Positions 29,340 to 39,349 of a stretch of 64,000 nucleotides of DNA are shown here, one piece after another. Below the pieces are notes generated by a model. The model did not search any database. It saw nothing but the letters and a program-made list of their open reading frames with translations, and was not told where the DNA came from. The stretch spans positions 39,690 through 103,689 of the forward strand of contig CANGBC010000008.1 in assembly GCA_947452005.1 (NCBI GenBank), in the 5' to 3' direction. Each line of letters opens with the position of its first letter. The first letter of the stretch is position 1. Source of the DNA: Beijerinckiaceae bacterium (GTDB lineage: Bacteria > Pseudomonadota > Alphaproteobacteria > Rhizobiales > Beijerinckiaceae). The translations under genes and the position numbers were made by a program.

Positions 29340-30257
29340 TCAGGCGACAGCGGCTTTCGCCGCTTCAAGCGTCTTTTGCAATTCGGAGCCCTGCAGCTTT
29401 TGAATATCGTCCTGATATTTCAAAAGCACGCCAAGCGTGTCGGCAATGGTTGAGGGATCTAGCGACACGGCATCAAGCTCGGTCAGTGCCGATGCCCAAT
29501 CCAGCGTCTCTGCAATGCCAGGCTGTTTGAACAGATCAAGTTTGCGCAAGGCCTGCACGAAAGCGACGATCGCGCGTGAGAGAGTGTCGGCAGCTTGCGG
29601 CACTTTCTTGCGCAAAATCTCAAGCTCGCGCGTGTTGTCGGGATAATCCACCCAGTGATACAGGCAGCGGCGCTTCAGCGCATCATGAACTTCGCGTGTG
29701 CGGTTGGAGGTGATGATGACAATCGGGGGGTGCTCCGCGCGGATCGTCCCAAGCTCAGGCACGCTCACCTGAAAGTCAGAGAGGATTTCCAGCAGGAATG
29801 CTTCAAAGGCTTCATCGGTACGGTCCAGTTCGTCAACCAGCAGAACCGGCGGGCCTTCCGTAAACGTCTCAAGCGCTTGCAACAAAGGTCGCTTGATCAG
29901 ATAGCGTTCAGAAAACACATCATGCTCGATGCGCGTGCGATCCTGTTCGCCGGCCGCTTCCGCCAAGCGAATAGCCATCATCTGGCGCGCATAATCCCAT
30001 TCGTAAACAGCAGACGAGACATCAAGCCCCTCGTAACATTGCAGACGAATGAGCTTGCGACCCAGTGTGTGGGAGAGAACCTTGGCAATCTCAGTCTTGC
30101 CAACACCCGCCTCGCCTTCCAAGAAAAGCGGGCGACCCATTTTCAATGAGAGAAAGATGACCGTCGCCAAAGACCGATCCGCCACATAGCCGCCGCGTGT
30201 GAGCAGGGCGAGGGTTTCGTCGATGGATGTGGGCAGGTTGGTCAAGGCTTTCTCCAT
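29340..30257 (-). CDS. coxD: CoxD/MoxR AAA+ ATPase
   Basis: LEGEAGVGKT, RLQCYEG, LLVDELD, ALKRRC. Confidence 0.92.
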   Translation of the reverse strand: MEKALTNLPTSIDETLALLTRGGYVADRSLATVIFLSLKMGRPLFLEGEAGVGKTEIAKVLSHTLGRKLIRLQCYEGLDVSSAVYEWDYARQMMAIRLAEAAGEQDRTRIEHDVFSERYLIKRPLLQALETFTEGPPVLLVDELDRTDEAFEAFLLEILSDFQVSVPELGTIRAEHPPIVIITSNRTREVHDALKRRCLYHWVDYPDNTRELEILRKKVPQAADTLSRAIVAFVQALRKLDLFKQPGIAETLDWASALTELDAVSLDPSTIADTLGVLLKYQDDIQKLQGSELQKTLEAAKAAVA

Positions 30258-30265
30258 TCCAACCT

Positions 30266-30359
30266 CGTCATTGCGAGGAGGGCTTTAGCCCGACGCGGCA
30301 ATCCAGAGGCAGCACGTGGGCTTTCTGGATTGCTTTGCTTCGCTTTGCTCGCAATGACG
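30266..30359. repeat. palindromic element family A
   Basis: CGTCATTGCGAGGAG...GCAATCCAG...CTGGATTGC...CTCGCAATGACG between coxM and coxD. Confidence 0.9.
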
Positions 30360-30369
30360 GCGAGACGTC

Positions 30370-31161
30370 CTACTTTGCCGCGTCAACCGCGCGGCGGGCC
30401 ATGACGCCAATCAGATGCGCGCGATAGGCGGCATCGGCATGAATGTCGGAATTGAGACAATCTGCCGATTGCGCAATGCCCTCGATCGCCTTGGCCGAAA
30501 AATCTTTTCCCAAAGCCACTTCAAAATCTGTCTGACGGAAAACACCACCGGAACCCGCACCCGTCACAGCCACGCGCACGCCTGCCGCAAACTTGGCCAC
30601 GAACACACCGACAATCGCATAGCGCGAAGCGGGGTTGCGGAATTTCTGGTAATTGGCTTTTTCCGGCACGGGGAAGATGATCTTGGTGATGATCTCGCCC
30701 GGCTGCAACGCGGTCTCGAACAGGCCGACGAAGAAATCATCCGCGGCGATCTCGCGCATGTTGGTGACAATGGTCGCGCCCAGCGCCAAGCAAGCAGATG
30801 GATAATCAGCTGCCGGATCATCATTAGCAACCGAGCCGCCGATCGTGCCGCGATGGCGCACCATCGGATCGCCGATCATGCCAGCGAGCTCTGCGAGCGC
30901 CGGAATGGCTTTCTTCAGCTCAGCCGAGCCCGCCACATCGGCATGGCGTGTCATGGCGCCAATCGTCACTTTGCCGGCCGCGACTGTGATGCCTGACAGG
31001 CCCAATCCATTCAGATCAACAATGTCGGATGGCGCAGCCAAGCGCTGCTTCATCGTCGGCAGCAGCGTCATGCCGCCCGCCATGATCTTGGCTTCATCGG
31101 CGCCTGCCAGTTTGACGGCATCGGCCAGAGAGCCGGGGCGATGATAGTTGAACGGATACAT
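30370..31161 (-). CDS. coxM: xanthine dehydrogenase family FAD subunit (CoxM-like)
   Basis: [30 protein letters not shown]. Confidence 0.92.
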   Translation of the reverse strand: MYPFNYHRPGSLADAVKLAGADEAKIMAGGMTLLPTMKQRLAAPSDIVDLNGLGLSGITVAAGKVTIGAMTRHADVAGSAELKKAIPALAELAGMIGDPMVRHRGTIGGSVANDDPAADYPSACLALGATIVTNMREIAADDFFVGLFETALQPGEIITKIIFPVPEKANYQKFRNPASRYAIVGVFVAKFAAGVRVAVTGAGSGGVFRQTDFEVALGKDFSAKAIEGIAQSADCLNSDIHADAAYRAHLIGVMARRAVDAAK

Positions 31162-31243
31162 TTTCTTGCTCCCTCAGCGCGGCCAGACGGCGCGCGGTGT
31201 TTGAACCTCTTTTAGCGGGACTAAACGCGCCCCGCCAGACCCA

Positions 31244-33610
31244 TCATTCGGCGGCAGCCCGGGGGGCTGTCTTCTGGATTGCCCGCCAGAGCGCCAGCGG
31301 GGTCGCCGGCATGGCAATCCCCTCGTGCCCAATGGCATCGGTGATGGCATTCATCACGGCAGGGGGCGCCGCAATGGCCCCCGCCTCGCCGCAGCCCTTG
31401 ATGCCGAGCGGATTGGAGGGGCACGCCGTCTGCGTCATGCCCACATCATACGAGGGCAAATCGCCCGCGCGCGGCATGGAATAATCCATATAGCTCGCGG
31501 TCACGAGCTGGCCACTGGAGTCATAAACCGCGCCTTCCAGCAAAGCCTGACCCACGCCCTGCGCAATCCCGCCATGGACCTGGCCTTCGACAATCATCGG
31601 ATTGATGACGTTGCCGAAGTCATCAACCGCCGTCCATCGGTCAATCCGCGTCACGCCTGTGGCGGGATCAATCTCCAGCTCGCAAATATGCACGCCTGCT
31701 GGGAAGGTGAAATTGGTCGGATCCCAGAAGGCACTTTCCTTGAGGCCGGGTTCCAATTCCTGCCCGTTGAACTTGTGCGCGATATAGGCCTGCAAGGCGA
31801 CCGAGGCGAAATCGATCTCCTTGTCGGTGCCGCGCACCGAGAACTTGCCATCCTTGAATTCAATATCATCAGGCGAGGCTTCGAGCACAAAGCCTGCGAC
31901 TTTCTTCGCCTTGGCTTCGATCTTGTCGAGCGCTTTGGAAATGGCTGACATGCCCACCGCACCCGAGCGCGAGCCATAAGTGCCCATGCCCATCTGCACC
32001 TTGTCAGTGTCGCCATGCACAATGGACACATTGTCGATAGAAATGCCCAGACGCTCTGAGACAAGTTGCGCGAAGGTCGTCTCGTGTCCCTGCCCGTGAG
32101 AATGCGAGCCGGTGAGAATTTCAACCGTACCCACAGGGTTCACACGCACTTCGGCAGATTCCCAAAGGCCCACACCTGCACCCAGCGAACCGACAGCGGC
32201 TGACGGCGCAATGCCGCACGCTTCGATATAGGCGGAGAAACCGATGCCCCGCAGCAGACCCTTCTTGGCCGATTCCGCTTTACGTGCGCCGATGTTTTTA
32301 TAGTCCGACATCTCCAGCGCTTTGGTGAGCGCAGCATCATAATCGCCCGCGTCATAACACATGATGACGGGCGTCTGATGCGGGAACTGACGCACAAAGT
32401 TTCTGCGCCGGAATTCCGCTGGGTCCTGCTTCACTTCGCGTGCCGCGACTTCGACCATGCGCTCAATCACGAAAGTCGCTTCAGGCCGCCCCGCACCGCG
32501 ATAGGCGTCGACAGGCGCCGTGTTTGTATAGAGGCCGTCGACTTCGACATAGATGGCGGGAATATCATATTGCCCCGACAGCAGCGGTGCATAGAGATAA
32601 GTCGGCACGCTGCTCGAAAAGGTTGAGAGATATGCACCAAGATTGGCTTGCGTCTTCACACGCAGGCCCAAAATCTTGCCTGAGGCGTCGAGTGCCATTT
32701 CCGCATGTGTGACATGGTCGCGCCCATGCGCATCCGACAAAAAGGCTTCGGTACGATCCGCGACCCATTTCACCGGACGGCCAATTTTCTTCGCAGCCCA
32801 GACGCAGACCGTCTCTTCGGCATAGATGAAAATCTTGGAGCCGAAACCACCGCCCACATCCGGCGCAATCACGCGCAGCTTGTGTTCGGGCGCAATTCCG
32901 ATGAAGGCCGACAGAACAAGCCGCGCCACATGCGGGTTTTGGCTTGTCGTATAAAGCGTGAAGGCATCCTGGCCTGAATCCCAATCACCCACGGCTGCGC
33001 GCGGCTCCATCGGGTTTGGCACCAGACGATTGTTGACGAGATCGAGCTTGGTCACATGCGCGGCTTTGGCAAAAGCCGCTTGTGTGGCAGCTTCATCACC
33101 CAGCGCCCAATTGTAGACCGTATTGTCAGGCGCCACCTCGTGCAGCACAGGCGCGCCGCTCTTCACTGCATCGGCCATCGACACGCCCGGTTTCAAAACC
33201 TTGTAATCGACAACGATCCTTTCCATCGCGTCGCGCGCTTGCGCCTGCGTCTCGGCAATGATGACGGCGACATGATCACCAACATAGCGCACCTTGCCTT
33301 GCGCAAGGGCGGGATGCGCGCCCGCCTTCATCGGCGTGCCGTCTTTGGAATGGATCATCCAGCCGCAGATCAGCCCGCCGATTTTGTCGGCGGCGAGATC
33401 ATCGCCGGTAAAAATATCGATGACGCCAGGCATGGCGCGCGCGGCATCAAGTTTGATGCCGAGAATTTCGGCATGCGCATGCGGCGAGCGCAAGAACACA
33501 GCATGGGCTTGCCCATAGCGGTTCACATCATCCGTAAATTGGCCCTTGCCAGTGATGAAACGAAAATCTTCTTTGCGCAGCACACGTGCGCCGATGCCGG
33601 TCCCACTCAT
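31244..33610 (-). CDS. coxL: molybdopterin large subunit, form II CoxL-like
   Basis: 788 aa; [15 protein letters not shown] (form II signature), GQGHET, KGCGE. Confidence 0.93.
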   Translation of the reverse strand: MSGTGIGARVLRKEDFRFITGKGQFTDDVNRYGQAHAVFLRSPHAHAEILGIKLDAARAMPGVIDIFTGDDLAADKIGGLICGWMIHSKDGTPMKAGAHPALAQGKVRYVGDHVAVIIAETQAQARDAMERIVVDYKVLKPGVSMADAVKSGAPVLHEVAPDNTVYNWALGDEAATQAAFAKAAHVTKLDLVNNRLVPNPMEPRAAVGDWDSGQDAFTLYTTSQNPHVARLVLSAFIGIAPEHKLRVIAPDVGGGFGSKIFIYAEETVCVWAAKKIGRPVKWVADRTEAFLSDAHGRDHVTHAEMALDASGKILGLRVKTQANLGAYLSTFSSSVPTYLYAPLLSGQYDIPAIYVEVDGLYTNTAPVDAYRGAGRPEATFVIERMVEVAAREVKQDPAEFRRRNFVRQFPHQTPVIMCYDAGDYDAALTKALEMSDYKNIGARKAESAKKGLLRGIGFSAYIEACGIAPSAAVGSLGAGVGLWESAEVRVNPVGTVEILTGSHSHGQGHETTFAQLVSERLGISIDNVSIVHGDTDKVQMGMGTYGSRSGAVGMSAISKALDKIEAKAKKVAGFVLEASPDDIEFKDGKFSVRGTDKEIDFASVALQAYIAHKFNGQELEPGLKESAFWDPTNFTFPAGVHICELEIDPATGVTRIDRWTAVDDFGNVINPMIVEGQVHGGIAQGVGQALLEGAVYDSSGQLVTASYMDYSMPRAGDLPSYDVGMTQTACPSNPLGIKGCGEAGAIAAPPAVMNAITDAIGHEGIAMPATPLALWRAIQKTAPRAAAE

Positions 33611-33686
33611 CTGCTTCCTCCAGAGAATGACCGGTTCGTCTCCGGTTCTTGCTCTTCTTGGTTAGGATAAATGTGGTGCGGCTGAG

Positions 33687-34175
33687 TTACTCAGCCGCTG
33701 TACCTGTCTTGCCCATGGCTTCAGCGCCGTAGTGAATGGCTTTCACAATATTATGGTAGCCCGTGCAGCGGCAAATATTGCCCTCGAGCTCCTCGCGGAT
33801 GGTCTTGTCATCGAGGTCTGTGCCCTTGCGGCGCACCATATCGACCGCGCTCATGATCATGCCCGGCGTGCAGAAGCCGCATTGCAAACCGTGGTGCTCG
33901 CGAAACGCCGCCTGCATCGGGTGCAGATCCTGCCCTTTAGCCAGACCTTCAATCGTCGTAATGGTGGCGCCGTCAACAGCGACGGCGAGCAATGTGCAGC
34001 TCTTCATGGCTTCGCCATTCACATGCACGGTGCAGCATCCGCACTGCGTGGTGTCGCAGCCCACATGGGTGCCGGTCAGGCGCATATGCTCGCGCAAGAA
34101 TTCGACCAGAAGTGTGCGCGCATCCACACCGCGCGTGACAGACTTGCCATTCACATTCAGGGTTACGCTGGCCAT
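33687..34175 (-). CDS. coxS: [2Fe-2S] subunit (CoxS-like)
   Basis: [27 protein letters not shown]. Confidence 0.95.
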   Translation of the reverse strand: MASVTLNVNGKSVTRGVDARTLLVEFLREHMRLTGTHVGCDTTQCGCCTVHVNGEAMKSCTLLAVAVDGATITTIEGLAKGQDLHPMQAAFREHHGLQCGFCTPGMIMSAVDMVRRKGTDLDDKTIREELEGNICRCTGYHNIVKAIHYGAEAMGKTGTAAE

Positions 34176-34328
34176 ACGCCGTTTCCTTCCGAAAAAACCG
34201 ATCTTCGCGCCGGGATCATGGCCCAAGTTGAGCCGACGACATCCGCGCGGTCAAGCCCGGCACGCCCCACTACAAAGGCGAAGAGCACCGGGAAACATGT
34301 AACTCTATGCAGGTGCCAAAGGCGTGCC

Positions 34329-34787
34329 TCAGCCTGCCTTCACCGCTTCAGCAAAATTGTTGAAAAACTGGTCGGCCGTTTTCTTCGCCACGCCATCGAT
34401 AAGCCGCGCGCCGAGCTGGGCAATTTTACCCCCGACATTGGCTTCGACATCATAGGAGAGGATGCAGCCATCATTTCCTTCAGCGGGGGGCAGCAGGCGC
34501 ACGGTGGCGCCGCCTTTGGCAAAGCCTGCCACGCCGCCCTCACCCTGCCCCGAAATGCGATAGCCGTTCGGGGGGTCGAGGTCGGACAATTCGACCGACC
34601 CTTTGAAGGTCGCCGAGACCGGACCGATCTTGAGCTTCACAACGGCGGAAAAGCCGGTGTCGCTGGTCTTGTCCAGCGTTTCGCAGCCCGGGATGCAGGC
34701 TTTCAGCACGGCCGGATCATTGAGCTTCACCCAGACCGTCTCGCGGCTCGCGGAAAGGGCCACTTCGCCCGTCATCGTCATCGCCAT
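34329..34787 (-). CDS. coxG: CoxG/SRPBCC family protein
   Basis: LNDPAVLKACIPGCE, KIGPVSATF, GKIAQLGARLID. Confidence 0.92.
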   Translation of the reverse strand: MAMTMTGEVALSASRETVWVKLNDPAVLKACIPGCETLDKTSDTGFSAVVKLKIGPVSATFKGSVELSDLDPPNGYRISGQGEGGVAGFAKGGATVRLLPPAEGNDGCILSYDVEANVGGKIAQLGARLIDGVAKKTADQFFNNFAEAVKAG

Positions 34788-34923
34788 GATGCTTGTCTCC
34801 TCCAAGATTAAGTGGGTTCGCTGGCCGCCTCCGGTTGCGCTGACGCCCCCGGCGGTTTATGCGCTTTTGCCGCGCCCCTTCACCTTTGGTGTTAAAGCCC
34901 GCGTGCAACAGGAGCAAGAGAGC

Positions 34924-36012
34924 ATGGGTCACCTCGCCACCAAAACCGGCCAATTCCGCGTTGAAATCGAGGGGCCAACCTCGGCACCCGTCCTGATGCT
35001 CTCCAATTCGCTGGGCACGGACCTGCATATGTGGGATGCGCAAATGCCCGCGCTGACCAAGAAATTCCGCGTCGTGCGCTATGATTCTCGCGGCCATGGC
35101 GCCTCTGTGGCCAATGAGGGCCCCTATTCCATCGCCATGCTGGGCAAGGATGCGCTGGCCATTTTGGATGCGCTGGAGCTGACCAGCGTCAACTGGCTCG
35201 GCCTCTCCCTAGGCGGCATGGTCGGCCAATGGCTGCTGGCGCATGCGCCCGAGCGCATCACCCGCGCGGTGCTCGCCAACACATCCTCCTACATGCCCGA
35301 TGCGCGCCCCTGGAACACGCGCATCATCAACGTGCAAAAGAACGGCATGGCGTCCATCACCGCTGGTGTGATCGAGCGCTGGTTCACCCCTGAATTCCAG
35401 GGCCGCGATGCGCAAGCCGTGCAGCGCATTGCCGACATGCTGGTGGCGACACCCGCGCAAGGCTATATCGCCGCCTGCGCTGCCGTGCGCGACATGGACC
35501 AGCGCGAAACCGTGCGCTTGGCCAAAGCCCCCGTGCTTGTCATTGCAGGCACTCGCGATCCCGCCACACCGCCCAGCCTTGGCATGCAAACAGCTTCGCT
35601 GATCAAGGGCGCGCAATATGTCGAGCTGGATGCGGCGCATCTGTCGAATGTCGAAATGCCTGACGCCTTCACCCGCGCCGTGATGCAATTCCTGACAGCA
35701 CCGGCCAAGAAGGCAGCCGCACCCAAAAAGAAAGCCGCGCCGAAAAAGAAGACCGCCAAAAAAGCAGTCGCGAAAAAGAAGGCCACCGCCAAAAAAGTCG
35801 CACGCAAGGCTGTGAAGAAGACCGCGAAAAAGGCCGTCAAAAAAGTGGCGAAGCCTGCGGCTAAAAAGACGGCCAAGAAAGTTATCAAGAAAGCTACCAA
35901 GAAGTCAGTGAAGAAGGCTGCGAAAAAGACAGTGAAAAAGCCGGTCAGGAAAACAGCGAAGACAATCGTCCGCCGTCCGGCGAAAAAGGCCAATAAGAGG
36001 AGCGCGCGCTGA
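34924..36012 (+). CDS. pcaD: 3-oxoadipate enol-lactonase-like hydrolase with C-terminal Lys/Ala-rich histone-H1-like tail
   Basis: LSNSLGT, RYDSRGHG, GLSLGGM, RWFT, AAHLSN, then 104 aa of xxKK repeats. Confidence 0.85.
   Translation: MGHLATKTGQFRVEIEGPTSAPVLMLSNSLGTDLHMWDAQMPALTKKFRVVRYDSRGHGASVANEGPYSIAMLGKDALAILDALELTSVNWLGLSLGGMVGQWLLAHAPERITRAVLANTSSYMPDARPWNTRIINVQKNGMASITAGVIERWFTPEFQGRDAQAVQRIADMLVATPAQGYIAACAAVRDMDQRETVRLAKAPVLVIAGTRDPATPPSLGMQTASLIKGAQYVELDAAHLSNVEMPDAFTRAVMQFLTAPAKKAAAPKKKAAPKKKTAKKAVAKKKATAKKVARKAVKKTAKKAVKKVAKPAAKKTAKKVIKKATKKSVKKAAKKTVKKPVRKTAKTIVRRPAKKANKRSAR
35698..36009 (+). repeat. low-complexity xxKK peptide repeat region
   Basis: AKKAVKKTAKK... with diverged codons. 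Confidence 0.9.
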
Positions 36013-36392
36013 TGGATGACAAGACCCGTCTCCAGCAAGGCATTCAGGTGCGCCGCGAAGTGCTCGGCGACGCTTGGGTGGAAAAATCCAACAAGGCGCA
36101 GACCGAGTTCAATGCGGACTGGTTTGATTTCATCCAGCGCACAGCTTGGGGTGATATCTGGTCGCGCCCCGGCCTTGATCGGCGCACGCGTTCTGTCGTT
36201 GTCCTGTCATCAACCATCTCGACCCGCAATTGGGAAGAATTCAAGCTGCATGTGCGCGCTTGTTTCAACAATGGCCTGACCAAGGACGAGCTGAAAGAAA
36301 TCATCCTGCAATGCGCGATTTACGCAGGCGTGCCGCCAGCCAATCACGCCTTCAAACTGGCGCAGGAAGTTTTCGACGATATGGGGATTTGA
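36012..36392 (+). CDS. pcaC: 4-carboxymuconolactone decarboxylase
   Basis: RREVLGD, AWGDIWSRPGLDRRTRS, LQCAIYAGVP; TGATG coupling to pcaD. Confidence 0.92.
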   Translation: MDDKTRLQQGIQVRREVLGDAWVEKSNKAQTEFNADWFDFIQRTAWGDIWSRPGLDRRTRSVVVLSSTISTRNWEEFKLHVRACFNNGLTKDELKEIILQCAIYAGVPPANHAFKLAQEVFDDMGI

Positions 36393-36419
36393 TAAAGGCG
36401 GGCTTTGTCCCGCCTTTAT
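36392..36419. terminator. bidirectional terminator pcaC/rpe
   Basis: ATAAAGGCGGG-CTTTGT-CCCGCCTTTAT. Confidence 0.8.
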
Positions 36420-36422
36420 TTT

Positions 36423-37103
36423 TTAAACCAGCTCGCCGCGCGCCGACAGAGCCGCTTTGCGGATCGCTTCAATATTGGCCGCATAGGCATTCGGCCCGCC
36501 CTTAAAAGCAGCCGAGCCTGCGACCAGGAAATTCGCGCCAGCCTTGGCGCAATCGCCCGCATTGTCAGCTGTCACGCCACCATCGACTTCAATGTCGATC
36601 GGGCGGTCGCCAACCATGGCGCGGATGCGGCGCACTTTTTCGAGCACGGGACGGATGAAGCTCTGGCCACCAAAGCCAGGGTTCACCGTCATAGCGAGGA
36701 TGAGGTCAACATCATCCAGCAAATATTCGATGAGATCTTCCGGCGTGCCGGGATTGACCGCAACGCCTGCCTTTTTGCCTAGCGCACGGATCGCTTGCAG
36801 CGAGCGATGCACATGGGGGCCTGCTTCGGCATGCACAGTGATGTAATCAGACCCCGCCTTGGCGAAGGCCTCCAGAAATGGGTCGGTGGGGGCAATCATC
36901 AAATGCGTGTCGAACGGCTTGTCAGTGCATTTGCGGATCGCCTTGATGACATCGGGCCCGAACGTGATGTTGGGCACGAAATGCCCGTCCATCACGTCGA
37001 GATGCACAATGTCACCGCCCGCGCCCATAATGTCGCCGACCTCTTGGCCAAGCTTCGAAAAATCGCTGGCGAGCATAGAGGGCAGAATCTGGATGGGGCG
37101 CAT
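36423..37103 (-). CDS. rpe: ribulose-phosphate 3-epimerase
   Basis: HLDVMDGHFVPNITFG, MTVNPGFGGQ, EVDGG. Confidence 0.98.
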   Translation of the reverse strand: MRPIQILPSMLASDFSKLGQEVGDIMGAGGDIVHLDVMDGHFVPNITFGPDVIKAIRKCTDKPFDTHLMIAPTDPFLEAFAKAGSDYITVHAEAGPHVHRSLQAIRALGKKAGVAVNPGTPEDLIEYLLDDVDLILAMTVNPGFGGQSFIRPVLEKVRRIRAMVGDRPIDIEVDGGVTADNAGDCAKAGANFLVAGSAAFKGGPNAYAANIEAIRKAALSARGELV

Positions 37104-37161
37104 GGGCGGGCTCCGAAAGGGACTGGCCGGGGACTAACATTCTTTGCCCGAAGATGAAACG

Positions 37162-37725
37162 TCAGGCGGGCTGCAATCCAATGCGTTCATCACGACGGCG
37201 CAACAGATGGATCAGCGGCAGCGCGATCAACACCATCCATGCTTTGCCAACGATCTGGCCACCCAGATAATCGAGGCTGCCGAAAGCCAGCTGAAGGAAA
37301 ACGATGGAATCAACCACCAGGCCCGTGGCGCTGGAGGCAAAGACCGCCAAAACAAGGCGGCGGCGCTGCAGAGGCGTGTAAATGGCAAAGTCGGCCAGCT
37401 CCGAGAGCAGGAAAGCCGCAGCCGAGGCCGCGACCAGCGCAGGCGGGGCAATGGCGGCAGAAATGATTGTGCCAACGCCAATGGCCATGAGCGCGAATTT
37501 AGCCCCCAGACGGCGCTGGACAAGATCACGCAGCACGAGAGCCAGACCCACCATCAACACGCCAGAGGGTGCCGTCATGCCGGGCGCCACAGGGATCAGG
37601 CAAGGGCCATCCGGCACGCAAAAGGTGCCGACATTGCCGATCATCCAATTGGCGGCCGGGATACAGGCTCCAAAGGCGATCAGGCAGGCAAAGCCTTCAA
37701 CGAGGCGCTGGCGTTCGAGGGTCAT
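37162..37725 (-). CDS. VUT family (queuosine-precursor transporter-like) membrane protein
   Basis: GLALVLRDLVQ, ASAAAFLLSELADFAIY, VDSIVFLQLAFG, GQIVGK. Confidence 0.8.
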   Translation of the reverse strand: MTLERQRLVEGFACLIAFGACIPAANWMIGNVGTFCVPDGPCLIPVAPGMTAPSGVLMVGLALVLRDLVQRRLGAKFALMAIGVGTIISAAIAPPALVAASAAAFLLSELADFAIYTPLQRRRLVLAVFASSATGLVVDSIVFLQLAFGSLDYLGGQIVGKAWMVLIALPLIHLLRRRDERIGLQPA

Positions 37726-37792
37726 GGTTTAGCTCTCAACGGATTTGGCCGTTTCATGCCGGGAATGGAGCGGCGATGCAAGAATTTTCGGC

Positions 37793-37873
37793 CGTCATTG
37801 CGAGCGAAGCAATCCAGAGGCCTCGCGCCGCGCTCCTGGATTGCTTCGTCGCCTTCGGCTCCTCGCAATGACG
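37793..37873. repeat. palindromic element family A
   Basis: CGTCATTGCGAGCGAAGCAATCCAG...CTGGATTGCTTCG...CCTCGCAATGACG. Confidence 0.9.
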
Positions 37874-37957
37874 GGGGTTATCCCCGGACCGGGCTAGGCC
37901 CTCCCCCTCTGCCGTGCTAGGCCGACCCCAACGAAATTCCCCACCCGGAGCCCGCCG

Positions 37958-39262
37958 ATGATCCCCCGCTATTCCCGCCCTGAAATGGTTGCCATCTGGG
38001 ATCCGCAGACGCGTTTTCGCATCTGGTTCGAGATCGAAGCCCATGCCTGCGATGCGCTGGCCGAAATCGGCACCATCCCCAAGGAAAGCGCCAAGGCGAT
38101 TTGGGACGGCGCGGGCCATGTCACTTTCAATGTCGACCGCATCGACGAAATCGAGCGCGTCACCAAACATGACGTCATCGCCTTCCTCACCCATTTGGCC
38201 GAATTCATCGGCCCCGAGTCGCGCTTCGTCCATCAGGGCATGACGTCATCGGACGTGCTCGACACGTGCCTGGCCGTGCAGCTTGCGCGTGCCTCCGACA
38301 TTCTGCTGGCTGACATTGACGCGCTGCTCGCCGCCATCAAGCGCCGCGCCATGGAACATAAGATGACACCGGTCATCGGCCGCTCGCATGGCATTCATGC
38401 CGAGCCCGTCACCTTCGGCCTGAAGCTCGCACAGGCTTATGCCGAATTTTCGCGCTGCCGCGAACGCCTCGTGCATGCGCGCAAGGAAATCGCAACTTGC
38501 GCCATTTCCGGCGCTGTCGGCACATTCGCCAATATCGACCCGCGCGTCGAAGAACATGTCGCCAAAAAAATGGGCCTGGCGGTTGAGCCCGTCTCAACGC
38601 AGGTCATTCCGCGTGATCGTCATGCCATGTTCTTCGCGACCTTGGGCGTGATTGCGTCCTCCATCGAGCGTCTGGCCACCGAAGTGCGCCACATGCAGCG
38701 CACGGAAGTGCTCGAAGCAGAAGAATTCTTCTCGGAAGGCCAGAAGGGTTCTTCCGCCATGCCGCACAAGCGCAACCCTGTGCTGACCGAAAACCTGACA
38801 GGCCTCGCCCGTCTCGTGCGCGGCATGGCCATGCCCGCCATGGAAAATGTCGCGCTCTGGCATGAACGCGATATATCGCATTCCTCTGTCGAGCGCATGA
38901 TCGGGCCTGATGCGACCATCACGCTGGACTTTGCACTCGTCCGCCTCACCGGCGTCATCGACAAGCTGATCGTCTATCCGGAAAACATGCAGAAGAATCT
39001 GGATCGGCTGGGTGGCCTGATCCATTCGCAGCGCGTGTTGCTGGCCCTCACCCAGAAGGGCATTTCGCGCGAAGATTCCTACAAATTCGTGCAGCGTAAC
39101 GCGATGCCAGTCTGGCGCGGTGAAGGTGATTTTCTCACGCTGTTAAAGAAAGACCCGGAAGTGTCGAAGGCATTGTCAGACAAGGAGCTCGAAGAGCTGT
39201 TTGATCTGGGCTATCACCTGAAGCATGTGGATACGATCTTCAGCCGCGTATTCGGGGCGTAA
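37958..39262 (+). CDS. purB: adenylosuccinate lyase
   Basis: MIPRYSRPEM, HDVIAF, GRSHGIHAEP, GSSAMPHKRNP. Confidence 0.99.
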   Translation: MIPRYSRPEMVAIWDPQTRFRIWFEIEAHACDALAEIGTIPKESAKAIWDGAGHVTFNVDRIDEIERVTKHDVIAFLTHLAEFIGPESRFVHQGMTSSDVLDTCLAVQLARASDILLADIDALLAAIKRRAMEHKMTPVIGRSHGIHAEPVTFGLKLAQAYAEFSRCRERLVHARKEIATCAISGAVGTFANIDPRVEEHVAKKMGLAVEPVSTQVIPRDRHAMFFATLGVIASSIERLATEVRHMQRTEVLEAEEFFSEGQKGSSAMPHKRNPVLTENLTGLARLVRGMAMPAMENVALWHERDISHSSVERMIGPDATITLDFALVRLTGVIDKLIVYPENMQKNLDRLGGLIHSQRVLLALTQKGISREDSYKFVQRNAMPVWRGEGDFLTLLKKDPEVSKALSDKELEELFDLGYHLKHVDTIFSRVFGA

Positions 39263-39267
39263 GTTTC

Positions 39268-39297
39268 CGTCATTGCGAGCGCGGCGAAGCGATGACG
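39268..39297. repeat. internally deleted palindromic element family A
   Basis: CGTCATTGCGAGCGCGGCGAAGCGATGACG. Confidence 0.7.
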
Positions 39298-39298
39298 A

Positions 39299-39332
39299 AT
39301 AAAAAAGGCGGGCATATGCCCGCCTTTTTTAT
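39299..39332. terminator. bidirectional terminator purB/livK
   Basis: perfect 34-bp palindrome ATAAAAAAGGCGGGCAT-ATGCCCGCCTTTTTTAT. Confidence 0.88.
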
Positions 39333-39349
39333 GTTGACGCGTAACGCAC

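Noticed and set aside
31244-33610. True aerobic CO dehydrogenase
   Set aside because: AYRGAGR motif and S-L-M order indicate form II; the Cu-binding AYXCSFR motif is absent.
35463-36038. Hydrophobic Phe/Ala-rich antisense ORF resembling a membrane protein
   Set aside because: It is the reverse-strand shadow of the Lys/Ala codon repeats in the pcaD tail.
37726-37792. preQ1 riboswitch upstream of the VUT gene
   Set aside because: No preQ1-like stem-loop with A-rich tail is visible.
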